Assembly (NCBI GenBank): GCA_014905635.1
Contig: JABVCE010000033.1
Location: 248,001-312,000, forward strand
From: Scenedesmus sp. PABB004
Taxonomy: Eukaryota
Reading direction: 5' to 3'
Length of the DNA stretch: 64,000 bases
The notes below the pieces were generated by a model, which did no database searches, was not told the origin of the DNA, and was given only the letters and a program-made list of their open reading frames with translations. Made by a program: the position numbers and the translations under genes. Below are positions 53,312 through 64,000 of the stretch, piece after piece. Numbering within the stretch: position 1 is the stretch's first letter; each line of letters begins with the position of its first letter.

Positions 53312-55683
53312 ATGCAGACGCGCCGCGCCGCCCGGGTGGCCGCCTGGCGCGCCGCCGCAGCCAGCGACTACAGCGAGCGCGACTGGCAGGTCGGCTGCCT
53401 GCTGGCGGAGAGCGGCGCGCTGCTGCCCGCGGTGCCCGACCTGCTGGACAACGCACTGACGGCGGTGCACGACCTGGCGGCCCTGGGCTGCGTGAGCAGG
53501 TGACGGCGCCAGCGCCGCCGCCGCCGCCGCTGCTGCGCGCGCTGGGCGCGGCCGCTGGCTGGGCTGCGGCGGCGCGCCGTCGAGCGGCGGGGGCGAGTGC
53601 GGCGGCGGCGGCGGGCGTGGCTGCTGGCTGGGGCTGCGCAGGGGCGGCGGGCGGCGCACAGCGCGGCGCTCAGCAGGCGCCGCCGCCCGCCCGCCCGCCC
53701 ACCCGCCCGCCGCCCGCCCGCCCGCACCGCGCCGCGGCTGTGCGACGCAGGGCGTTTGCGCGCGTGGTCAAGGAGCGAATGTGGCGTGCGCTGGCGGACA
53801 AGTACGCGGACGACGAGTGGCGGGACGGCGTGAACCCTCCGCCGCACGACTACTGGTGGCGGCACGAGCACGGCTGCGTCCGGCGCCTGCTGGTCGATGT
53901 TCCCAAAAGCAGGCTGCCGAACGGGTCGGCTGGTCGGCGGTTCAGGGAGCAGGTGAGGCGGCGCGGCTGAGTGCTCGCAACCGCTCCACCGCCGCACGCG
54001 CGCGCGCCCCAGCAGGGCGCTGCCGGCCTGCTAAAGCCGGGCCGCGCCTTGCTGCGCGCCGCCGCTTGCAGGCCCAGCCGCCGGAGATCCACGGCGCGTT
54101 GTTCGACGAGCTGTCGGAGCTGGACATATGCCGTGTGACTGCCGGCGCCGCCAAGAAGCACTTCCGCCTGTCCGAGCGCGACCTCGCGCTGCTGCCCTGC
54201 ACGGAGAAGAAGTGGTGAGCGCGGAGCGGGGACGCGGACGGGCCAGGCGCGCGCTAGCGCGCGCCTGGCCAGCGCCAAGCAGCGCTGCTTGGCGCTGGCT
54301 GGGCTTGGCCTGGCTGCCTCACGACCATCACCGCTGCCGCTGCCGCAGGGGCAAGAACAAGACGGCCCTGTCCCGGCGCTACCCGCTGGCGGCGGTCATG
54401 CTGGCGGCGCGCGCCAAGCACGGCAGCGTCGCGGGCATGCAGGCGGCGGCCGCGGTCGCCAAGGCGGCGCACGGCGGCAGTGCTGAGCGGCGCAAGGAGG
54501 CGCTGGCGGCGGGCCTGGCCAAGCTGGGCTTCAGCCTGACGTGAGCTGCCGCTCGCTGCTGCCGCCGCTGCTGCCTCTGATGCCGCCGCTGGCAGCTGCT
54601 GCCCCTGCTGACAGCTGCTGCCGCTGCCAGTCGCTGGCCCTGCTGACGGCTGCTGCCCCCACGGGTGCCGCTGTGCCGATGCGCAGGGACGCGCTGGCCG
54701 GCATCACTGTGGTTGACCGGCACATCCGCGGCGTCAAGGGCAGCATCACGGAGCCGCAGGAGATGCTGCGCACGGTGCAGCTCATGGCCTGGGCCGCCAA
54801 GCACGCGGAGTACCTGAACGTGCGCCGCACCCGCGCGCCCTGCCTGACCACCCTGCCTGCGCAGGCACGCCCGCCCTCCTGCCTGCCCGCCTGACTCTCT
54901 GCTTGCCCGCCCGCCCGTGCCAGGTGCGGCAGGCCATGCTAGACAGCGAGACGCGCACCAACGACATGTACAACCACTACAACCAGGCCTATCTTAAGAG
55001 CGACTACAACCTGTGGGCGATGCCGGACATCAGGATGGACGACATGGCGGGCGTCCTCACCCTGGAGGAGGAGCTCGCCTGCCTGCACGTCGCCTGCCAG
55101 GCGCGGGCACCCACAACCGCTGGCAAGCTGGCTGCCTGCTCGGAGCGCCGGCGGCGCTGACGCGCGGCCCCGCCCGCCCCGCCGCACGCCCGCCCAGGCC
55201 TGGGCGCACATGCGCGGCGGCAGCGAGCAGGCGCTGCAGTGGCGCTCCGTGCCCAGCAGCGGCAGCCTGCGGGACAGCATCGTGGCGGCGCTGGCAGTGC
55301 AGGTGCGGGCGGGCGGGAGGGCGCGCGCGCTCTCAGCGGCCGGCGGCGGCTGCTCACTGCCGCAGCACCCGCGCCGCGCACCTGCTGAGCTCGTGTTGCC
55401 GCCCCGCCGGCCGCAGGTGAACGACAAGCTGCGGTCCTACGCGTCTCCGTGGACCAACGGTGAGTTTCTGATGGATTACATGTACGATGTCTTCGGCGGC
55501 AGCCCGCACGCCTCGACCACGGCCGAGGAGGCCACGGTGGTCAGCAGCGACGACGAGGGCAGCGACGGCGAGGTGGACGGCCCCGGCCAGCAGGAGGACG
55601 GTGGGGAGGAGGAGGAGGAGGAGCAGGAGGTGGACGAGGGCGAGGAGGCGCCGGACGGCAGCGGCGACGAGCGCGGCGGCTGA
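53312..55683 (+). CDS. Uncharacterised protein with F-box-like N-terminus, XPA C-terminal-like domain and acidic tail; copy 1, 8 exons
   Basis: DLAALGCVSRAFARVVKERMWRAL is F-box-like. VTAGAAKKHFRLSERDLALLP..RRYPLAAVMLAARAKHG is XPA-C-like. Exons splice in frame and are conserved in the paralog. Confidence 0.7.
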
Positions 55684-55860
55684 GCTTGCGACCGCGGCGC
55701 AGTCGGCGAGTGTCCGAGTGCTTGAGCGTTGAGCGCGTGTGCCTCGCCTGCTTGCGGCATGAGAGTTGAGGCCAGCCGGTCGGCCCGCGGGCTGCAGGCG
55801 CGCGGCGCTGCGCTGGTGCTGGCACCGTGCTGCCGCCCCCCTTTGGTGGCGCCAGGCCTG

Positions 55861-56010
55861 GCGCGCGGCGCAGCCGCTGCCGGGCCGGGCGGGGGTGGCG
55901 GCGTGGCGGCGGCCGCCGGGCCTTGTAGGTCGACGCAGTTGAACCCCGGCCTCGGCCGCGCGGTTTAGCCCCGGCTGTGCGGTTTAGCCACGCGCCCCCA
56001 TCGCGTGCCG
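55861..56010 (+). repeat. ~140 bp repeated element, copy B1 (downstream of F-box-like gene 1, pointing into the SDR 3' end)
   Basis: GGCCTTGTAGGTCGACGCAGTTGAAC core, a direct repeat of copy A1. Confidence 0.85.
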
Positions 56011-56113
56011 CCACGCCGCTGCGGTCCGCACACGCGGCGCCCACGCCCGCTCAACAGCCGCCTGCCGCTCCCGCGCGCCCGCCGTGCCCGCCGCGCGCTC
56101 AGCCCAGCCCGCG

Positions 56114-57129
56114 TCACCACTCCAGCGCCTCGCCGTCGCGCGTGAAGCCGCCCGCGAGCGCCGCGTCCCAGTGCAGCCACGGCCAGAGCACCGACGCGGC
56201 GCCCTCGCTCGCGGAGCGGTCGGCCGCCGCGGTGCCCATGTCGGTGCGGCACCAGCCCGGGCACGTGCTCACCACCGACACGCGCCGCGTGGCAAAGGCC
56301 TCGTCGGCCGTCAGCAGCTGCACCTGCGGCGCGCGGGGCGCGGGCGGCGCAGCCGGCTGGTCGCGCCCGCGCCCCGCGGCGCGCTGCGCGCTGGTCGCGT
56401 CCGCTGCGCCACGCGCGCGCCCGGGCGGCGGCCGCACCGCGCGGTTGAGCGCGGCCTTGGCCACGCTGTAGGTTGGTGCCATTGCGCCGCGCTCGGGCGG
56501 CGCACTGCCCATGCCGCTGCCCGCGTCAAACGGCAGCGCCTCGGCCAGGCGCGGGAGGTCGGCCGCCGCGAGCGCGCCGACCTTGGCCGCGTAGTCGGGC
56601 GAGAGCGCGGAGAGCTGGCCGAGGCCTGAGGAGACCATGATGACCAGCGCGCCGGGCGCGAGGTGCGGCAGCAGCGCGGACGCGATCGCGACCGGCGCCG
56701 ACGCGTTGGTCGCGAGCGTGCGCTCAAACGCGCCGCGCTCCCACACGCCGCGCTCGACCACGCCGGCGTTGTTCACCTGGGGCGCCCGGCGCCGGCGGCG
56801 CGGCGGTGGAGCGGCGAGGCGGCGACAGGGCGGCCGCGCGGCGGGCGCAGCGCGGCGGCCGCCCGCGCTCGCACCAGGAGGTCGACCTGGCCGTCGAAGC
56901 GCGACCGCACGGCCTCCGCCAGCGCGGCAATGCTGTCGGCGCTCGCCACATCCAGCTCCAGCACCTCCACCGACGCCCCGGCGGCGGCGCCGGCGACCTC
57001 CGCTGCCGCGGCGCGCCCGGCCGCCACGTCGCGCGAGCAGAGCAGCAGCGGCTTGCCGCGCTGCGCCAGCTGCTTGCAGACCTCCAGACCGATCCCACGG
57101 TTGCCGCCCGTGACCAGCGCGTACTTCAT
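56114..57129 (-). CDS. Short-chain dehydrogenase/reductase, carbonyl reductase-like; 3 exons
   Basis: ALVTGGNRGIG, VNNAG, catalytic YSVAK, CPGWCRTDMG. Confidence 0.93.
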
Positions 57130-57302
57130 GGCGCCGGGAGCGGGGCGCCGCTGCTGCCGCCGACGCTGCTGCCGCGAGTGTGAGCCGCGGAGCGCCGAGA
57201 CCTGCCGCTGCCGCTGCTGCTGCTGGGGGCGTGCGCGGCGAGGGCCGAGCGAGGTGGGGGGAATGCTGGGCCGCGGCGGCGGGTGGGGGCCGTGGGCGGC
57301 GG

Positions 57303-57455
57303 CGCCGGCGCGCGACGGGCGTGTGGGCAGAACCGCGCGGCCGGGGCTGAACCGGCTCCGGGCGCCCGGGTTCAACTGCGTCGACCTACAAGGCCCGGCG
57401 GCCGCCGCCACGTTGCCGCCCCCGCCGGGCCCGGCAGCGGCTGCGCCGCGCGCCA
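57303..57455 (-). promoter_or_regulatory. ~140 bp repeated element, copy B2, between F-box-like gene 2 and the SDR start (putative SDR promoter)
   Basis: GTTCAACTGCGTCGACCTACAAGGCC on the plus strand. It ends ~175 bp upstream of the SDR ATG in the same orientation. Confidence 0.55.
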
Positions 57456-57618
57456 GGCCTGGCGCCCCCAGGGGTGCGGCAGCACTGTGCACCAGCGCAG
57501 CGCCGCGTGCCTGCAGCCCGCGGCCGACCGGCTGGCCTCAACTCTCACGGCGCAAGCAGGCAAGGCGCACACGCACATGCTAAAGGCACTCGGACACTCG
57601 ACGACCGCGCCCGCCAGG

Positions 57619-59947
57619 TCAGCCGCCGCGCTCGTCGCCGCTGCCGCCCGGCGCCTCCCCGCCCTCGTCCATCTCCTCCACCTCCTCCTCCACCTCCTCC
57701 TCACCGTCCTCCTCCTCCTGGCCGGGGCCGTCCACCTCGCCGTCGCTGCCGTCATCGTCGCTGCTGACCGCCGTGGCCTCCTCGGCCGTGGCCGAGGCGT
57801 GCGGGCTGCCGCCGCTGTAGACGTCGTTTATGTAGTCCATCAGAAACTCGCTGTTGGTCCACGGAGACGCGTAGGACCGCAGCTTGTCGCTCACCTGCGG
57901 CCGGCGGGGCGGCAGCACGAGCTCAGCGGGTGCGCGGCGCGGGTGCTGCGGCAGTGAGCAGCCGCCGCCGCTGAGAGCTGCGGGCGCGCCCTCCCGCCCG
58001 CCCGCGCCTGCGCTGCCAGCGCCGCCGCGATGCTGTCGCGCAGGCTGCCCCTGCTGGGCACGGAGCGCCGCTGCAGCGCCTGCTCGCTGCCGCCGCGCAT
58101 GTGCGCCCAGGCCTGGGCGGGCGCGCGGCGGGGCGGGCGGGGCCGCGCGTCAACGCCGCCGCCGGCGCTGCGAGCAGGCGGCCAGCTTGCCGGCGGCTGC
58201 GCCGGGCGCCCGCGCGGGCAGCCGCGCCGCGCCTGGCAGGCGACGTGCAGGCAGGCGAGCTCCTCCTCCAGGGTGAGGACGCCCGCCATGATGTCCATCT
58301 TCATCTCCGGCAGAGCCCACAGGTTGTAGTCGCTCTTAAGATAGGCCTGGTTGTAGTGGTTGTACATGTCGCTGGTGCGCACCTCGCTGTCCAGCATGGA
58401 CTCCCGCACCTGGCGTGGGCGGGCAGGCAAGCAGAGAGTCAGGCGGGCAGGCAGGAGGGCGGGCGTGCCTGCGCAGGCAGGGCGCGCAGGCAGGGCACGC
58501 GGGCGGGGCGCACGTTCAGGTACTCCGCGTGCTTGGCGGCCCAGGCCATGAGCTGCACCGTGCGCAGCATCTCCTGCGGCTCCGTGATGCTGCCCTTGAC
58601 GCCGCGGATGTGCCGGTCAACCACACTGATGCCGGCCAGCGCGTCCCTGCGCGCCGGCACAGCGGCACCGGCACAGCCGGCGCAGCAGCCGTCAGCAGCA
58701 GCAGCGGCAGCGGCGGCGGCAGCGGCGGCAGCGAGCGGCAGCTCACGTCAGGCTGAAGCCCAGCTTGGCGAGGCCAGCAGCGAGCGCCTCCTTGCGCCGC
58801 TCAGCACTGCCGCCGCGCGCCGCCTTGGCTGCCGCGGCCGCCGCCTGCATGCCCGTGACGCTGCCGTGCTTCGCGCGCGCCGCCAGCATGACCACCGCCA
58901 GCGGGTAGCGCCGGGACAGGGCCGTCTTGTTCTTGCCCCTGCGGCAGCGGCAGCGGTGATGGTCGTGAGGCAGCCAGGCCAAGCCCGGCAGGCACAGGCC
59001 AGCGCCGCGAAGACAGCGCACGCCTGGCCCTTCCGCGTCCCCCGCTCCGCGCTCACCACTTCTTCTCCGTGCAGGGCAGCAGCGCGAGGTCGCCCTCGGA
59101 CAGGCGGAAGTGCTTCTTGGCGGTGCCGGCAGTCACACGGTCGATGTCCAGCTGGGTCAGCTCGTTGAAGAGACCGTGCTGGACCTCCGGCGGCTTGACC
59201 TGCAAGCGGCGGTGCGCAGCGGGGCGCGGACTGGCCGGGCGTGCGCGTGCGCCGAGCCGGCGCGCCGGCAACCTGCAGGGGCCACGCGTGAGGCAGCGAC
59301 GCGGTTGCAAACCCTCCAAGTACCCAGTCCACCGGCTCACCTTGAAGCGCGTGCGCCAGGCCGCCCACCAGTCGGCGGGCCTGCTCATTGAAACTCGGAT
59401 GAGGAAGCGCCGCACGCAGCCCCGGTCACTCCACCACTGCGGCGAGAAGCTGGTGCCGCACCGCCACTCGTCGTCCGCGTACTTGTCCGCCAGCGCGCTC
59501 CACATGCGCTCCTTGACCACGCGCGCAAACGCCCTGCGCACGGCACAGCCGCGGCGCGGGCGGGCGGGCGGGGGGGCGGCGGCGCCTGCTGAGCGCCGCG
59601 CTGTGCGCCGCCCGCCGCCCCTGCGCAGCCCCAGCCAGCAGCCACGCCCGCCCGCGGCCGCACTCGCCCCGCCGCTCGACGGCGCGGCGCAGCGCAGCCA
59701 GCGGCCGCGCCCAGCGTGCGCAGCAGCAGCGGCGGCGGAGGCGGCGCTGGCGCCGTCACCTGCTCACGCAGCCCAGGGCCGCCAGGTCGTGCACCGCCGT
59801 CAGCGCGTTGTCTAGCAGGTCGGGCACCGCGGGCAGCAGCGCGCCGCTCTCCGCGAGCAGGCAGCCGACCTGCCAGTCGCGCTCGCTGTAGTCGCTGGCT
59901 GCGGCGGCGCGCCAGGCGGCCACCCGGGCGGCGCGGCGCGTCTGCAT
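57619..59947 (-). CDS. F-box-like / XPA-C-like protein, copy 2 (inverted paralog)
   Basis: First-exon peptide is identical to copy 1. Same exon structure and acidic tail. Confidence 0.7.
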
Positions 59948-60124
59948 GGCGCCCGGCCGCGCCCACGAGCGGCCGCGGCCGCGGTGGGGGCTGCGGCGCG
60001 GCGCGGCGGGGCGCGCGGGCGCGGGCTGCCGCTGCTGCTGCTGCGCGCGCGCGAGGCGGGCGGGAGCGCGAGGTGGGCGGGCGGGGCGGAGCCTGGGAGC
60101 CGCTGGGAGGCGCGGTGTGGGCGG

Positions 60125-60272
60125 CGGCGGCGCGCGACGGGTGCGTGGCTGAACCGCGCGGCCGGCCGGGGCTGAGCCTCGCCGGGGTTCAACTGCGCCG
60201 ACTTACAAGGCCGCGGCCGCCGCCACGCCGCCGCTCCCGCCGGGCCCGGCAGCGGCCGCGCCGCGCGCGCGC
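60125..60272 (-). promoter_or_regulatory. ~140 bp repeated element, copy A2, upstream of F-box-like gene 2
   Basis: GTTCAACTGCGCCGACTTACAAGGCC on the plus strand. Confidence 0.55.
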
Positions 60273-60416
60273 AGCGCTCCCTCGGCGGCCGACGACCGCC
60301 TGCTTGCAGGACACGCGCGCCGGCGCGGCACCTGCGCACACTCGCGCCGCGCAACGCGTCGCCCGCCTGCGCCGCGCCGCTGCTGTACAAGGGTCCGCCT
60401 CGCCCCGCGCGCTTGC

Positions 60417-60970
60417 TCAGCGTGTGTGCCCCGCCACCAGGAAGGCGCGTGCGCCGAGGCGCCGGGCGTACTCCACCGCCTCGCCAGGCGCGACGGGCAC
60501 ATGCGCCTGCCCCGCGGCCGCCGCCAGCTCCGCGCTCGCTGCGCGCTCGAGCGCGGGATCGTGCTGCGGCGCGTGCGCGGGCGGCGCCCCACCGGGCGCC
60601 GGGTGGCCGGCCGACTCGTCCGCCGCAATCAGGTTCTCGTCCGCCGCCAGGTGGTCAACGAGCGACTCGTGCGCCTCGCCGGCAGGGCTCCTGCTGCGCG
60701 CGCGCGTGGGCGCCGCCGCCGCCGCCGCCACCGCAGCGGGCGCGGGCTGCGCGCCCGGCTGCGCCCCCTGCGCGTCCGCGCCGCCGCCGGCGCCGGCCGC
60801 GCGCTGCGTGTCGCCGCCGCCGCCGTGCGCCTCGTGCTGGGCCAGCGACGCCGGGCTGTCGGCCGGCAGCGCGAGGTGAGCGTCCAGGAAGGCGTGCATC
60901 GTCCACGTGAGCGCCTCCTGCACCTGCGCCGGCGGCACCGCCGGGTCGGGCGCCGGCTTGGCGCCCGCCT

Positions 60971-61012
<42 letters not shown>

Positions 61013-63201
61013 TGATGGCTGCGCGCAGCCCGTGCTCGCGGCGCAAGGGCGCGCGCCGGGCCGCTGCCGCGCGCGCCGCGCACCGCCTTGCGCAGCGCGC
61101 GTGAGAGCCAGGGGCTTATGAGGAAGGGCAGGTCGGTGAAGCTGCCGTGGCTGCTGCCCGCGGGGACGACGTGCAGCGCGCCGCCGCCCGCGCCGCCGCC
61201 CGCCGCCGCGGCGGCCACGACTGGCACGCGCGCGCGCTCGGGCTGCCCTGCCGCCGCCGCCGTGCCGCTGCCGCCGCCGCCGCCGCTCGCGCGCGGCAGG
61301 CAGGCCGCAAAGACCGCCTGCTGGCGCGCGCCGCCACAAAACATGGTCTCTGGCTGGTTCCAGTCCTGCGGGGCAGTGCGGCGGCGGCCAGGTGCAGGAC
61401 TGGGCGCGCGGAGGCCGCGGCGGCCAGGCGAGCGGGTGTGGCTGGCAGCGCGCCCGGCTGCCGCGCAGCCTGCCCGCTCAGCCAGCTTCACCTGCGAGCC
61501 GATCACGAGCAGCGGCGTCGACGTGCGCCAGCCGTTCAGCGCGGCGCTCTTCTCCGGCAGCAGCGGCCACCACGGGTCCAGCGCGATTGCCGCGCTGCGG
61601 CGGCGGCGGCGGCGCCCGCGGTGGGGGTCCAGGGCGCGCCCGCGGCCGCCGCGGCGCGCTGGCGTGCGCGCGCTCCCCCGCGCGGCCGCAGCACCTGAAC
61701 TCGCCGTGCTCCGCGGCGGCGGCCGCCGCGGTGGCGCCGCCGCAGCTGTGGCCCACGATTGCCAGGCGCCGCATGTCCAGCAGGCCGACAAAGCCGCCGG
61801 CGGCGCCCCCGCCGCCGGCCGCGGGCGCGCCCGACAGCTCCAGCCCCGGGACGGACGCGCCTGCGCGCGCGCGGGCGGGCGGGGGCGCTCGCTCGGCGCG
61901 CCGGGCGGGCCCCGCACGCCGGCCCCGCCGGCCGCGCGTGCCGCGCCGCCGCGAGTTTGAATTCAAACCTGAGTCGATCGCCGCGAGGGCCTCCGCCATC
62001 GTGCGGGCCTCGGTCACCCGGTACTCGCACTTGGCCTCCAGCGCCGCGCCCGTGCCGAGGCCGGTGAGCAGCCTGGCCAGGGGAGCGGCGCGCGGCGCGC
62101 GCGGGCGACGCGACGCGCGCGGCGCGGCGCTGCGAGCTCGGCGGGCGGCGCGGCGACGCGCGCAGCGGGCGCGGCGGCGGCGCCCTGCGCGCGCGCGTCG
62201 CACCTGTGCGTGCCGTCTGCGAGCTCGACGCAGCAGGCCGTGCCGTCGGCGTGTTCCAGCGCGGCGACGACGAAGCCGCGCGACGCGAGCTCGCTGCACA
62301 GGATGGAGCACGTGTTGCGCATGCTCGCCGCCCTGACCGCCGGCGCGGGCGCCGCGGGCGCCGCGGCGGCGGGGGCGCGGTGAGCGCGCGGTGAGCGCGC
62401 GCGCGGTGCGCCGCCGACGTGCCGGCAGGCGGGCGGGGCCGGCGCGGGTCCCACCCGTGGGAGAAAATGACGACCGGCAGGCGGCCGTGCCGGTCCTCCG
62501 GCGGCGCGTTGAACACGGCCGGCAGCAGCTTGGTCATCCCGAGCGTGAAGATCGCGCTCTGCGCGACCGCCTTGAGCGCCCTCTCCTTGAGCGACGAGGG
62601 GTTGCGCAGGCCCCAGCTCACGTAGCCCTGGGCGTAGGCGTAGCCGCTGCGGCGCGGCGCGGCGCGGCGCGGCCCCGTGACCAACCTGCTCCCTGAGGCC
62701 ACCGTCACGCGCGAGACGGGCTCAGCGAGACGCGCGCCGCGGCGGCGCTGGGCGCTGCGCGCCGGGGCGCGCGCGCCCGGCGCGGCGCACGCACCGCAGC
62801 CAGGTGAGCGGCAGGCCCCGCGGCGTGGGGCGCGCGGGTAGAACAGCCGCCCCACGACATGCTGAGCGGGCGCGGGCGGCGACGGCGTGAGCGGCGACGG
62901 CGTGGGCGACCCGCGCGGCGCGCATGGCGGGCAGCGGCGACGGCGTGGGCGGCGACGGCCGCGCGGCGCGCATGGCGGCCCAAGGCGACGCGTGTGTGGC
63001 TGAGGCTCGCTTCAAAGGCAAACGCGCCGGCCGGAGAGAGCTCACGCGCCCTTCACGCGCAGCGGCGCTGCTGCGAGCGCCGCCGCTGCTGGGCTCGCAC
63101 GCTCAGCTCACGTTGTCGGCCGCGACGCTGGTGGCTGCGGGGTCGCGAAACTTGAGGTCCTGCGCTCCCACCGGGAAGCGCCCGGTGGGCCGAAGCAGCA
63201 T
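60417..63201 (-). CDS. Platelet-activating factor acetylhydrolase-like lipase; multi-exon, with an apparent 1-nt frameshift in exon 2
   Basis: PTGRFPVG, GRLFYP, PVVIFSHG, ELASRGFVVAALEHADGT, nucleophile GHSCGG, IALDPW, HGSFTD. Confidence 0.85.
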
Positions 63202-63359
63202 CGCGGCGGCGGCGGCGAGTCGGTGCCGCGCGCTGCAGCGCTCGTGGGGGTCGCGCGACGGCGGGGGCGCGCCGGATGCTGGGCTGCGCCTGTGCCGCAC
63301 GGACGGCAGGACGCGCACAAGCCGGGCGCGGGGCGTTACGTCGACGGACAGCAGAACCC

Positions 63360-64000
63360 TCAACCGCGCCGCGCTGCGGCCGCCGCGCTGCTGCCGGCGC
63401 CGCCGCCGAGGCAGAGCGCCGCGGGGTCGAGTACCTGCGCCGCGGGCAGGCCGCCGCGGCGCAGCTCGTCCAGTGCGACGGCGGCCTGGCGGTAGATGCA
63501 CTCCAGCAGCGGCTGCGCGCTCGTGCCGCGCGCCTGCGGCCGTGCGCGCGCCGGGCGGCGGCGGCGGCGGCGCGGGGTCGGCCGCGGCAGCCGCGGCGCG
63601 GCGGCGTGGCCGGCGGCGCGCGCAGCGGCGCGCGCCGCGCCTTGAGCAGCGCGCCGTTGAGCTCCTCCGCGAGCGCGCCGCGCGCGGCGGGGCGCAGCAG
63701 GTGCCCGCACGGGCTGGCCGCGGGGTCGGCGTACGCGAGCAGGCTGAGCGCGTCACTGAGCAGCTCCTCCTCCTCGCGGCCCTTGCTGCAGGGGCCCAGC
63801 TCCGCGCGGCCAAACGCGAGTGCGGCGTCAAAGCACGCGCTGCCGCCGCCGGCGCCGTTGCTGGCCGCCGGCGGCGCGCACGCGCCGCGCACGAGCTCGA
63901 CAAACTGCTGCACGCGCAGCTTGAACGCGAGCCGCGGGCTCTCCTGCAGCACCGCCGGGCCGTAGTGCTCCGACACCGACGCGAGCGCCTCGGCGACGCG
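63360..64000 (-). CDS. CTLH-CRA domain protein (RanBPM/RanBP9-10-like GID subunit), 3' part only
   Basis: LAFKLRVQQFVELVR (CTLH). AALAFGRAEL, DALSLLAYADP..SPCGHLL, LAEELNGALL (CRA). Confidence 0.85.

Larger units (their letters stand above)
52780..56010 (+). repeat. Left arm of a ~3.2 kb inverted repeat
   Basis: Reverse-complement match to 57303-60462 across exons, introns and flanks. Confidence 0.93.
57303..60462 (-). repeat. Right arm of a ~3.2 kb inverted repeat
   Basis: Reverse-complement match to 52780-56010. Confidence 0.93.

Noticed and set aside
57340..57400. Repeated element as a tRNA or tRNA-derived SINE (GGTTCAAC resembles a B box)
   Set aside because: No cloverleaf, no properly spaced A box, no tail and no target-site duplication seen.
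52780..60462. Autonomous DNA transposon or LTR retroelement
   Set aside because: No transposase, integrase or RT motifs, no TG..CA termini and no target-site duplication recognised.
50680..63201. Lipid-metabolism gene cluster (PCYOX, SDR, PAF-AH)
   Set aside because: No shared pathway can be supported. Adjacency is plausible by chance in a compact genome.

Overview
Gene-dense, extremely GC-rich eukaryotic nuclear DNA with short spliceosomal introns (donors GTGCG/GCGCG, CTGAC-type branch points, CAG acceptors). This is most consistent with a chlorophyte green alga of Sphaeropleales type (inference). Most long ORFs in the six-frame track are GC artefacts, so gene models were rebuilt by hand across introns and coordinates give the gene span. 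About 20 genes, in order: bacterial-type FAD-dependent oxidoreductase (partial), alanyl-tRNA synthetase, PABPN1-like RRM protein, URB1/Npa1, two tandem secreted G8-domain proteins, secreted carboxylesterase, a polyQ hypothetical protein, M3 peptidase, SRPBCC-DnaJ fusion, VAR3/OZ-like RanBP2 zinc-finger protein, 2Fe-2S ferredoxin, LLP-like protein, TTC1, prenylcysteine oxidase, two F-box-like/XPA-C-like paralogs, an SDR, a PAF-acetylhydrolase-like lipase and a CTLH-CRA protein (partial). The most unusual structure is a ~7.7 kb quasi-palindrome (52780-60462). Each arm carries an F-box-like gene bracketed by direct repeats of a ~140 bp element, and one of the four copies lies just upstream of the central SDR. 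Also notable: frequent GC-AG introns, gene-conversion-like mosaicism and discordant intron positions between the G8 paralogs, and two apparent frameshifts. Family assignments come from motif recognition only; no database searches were run.
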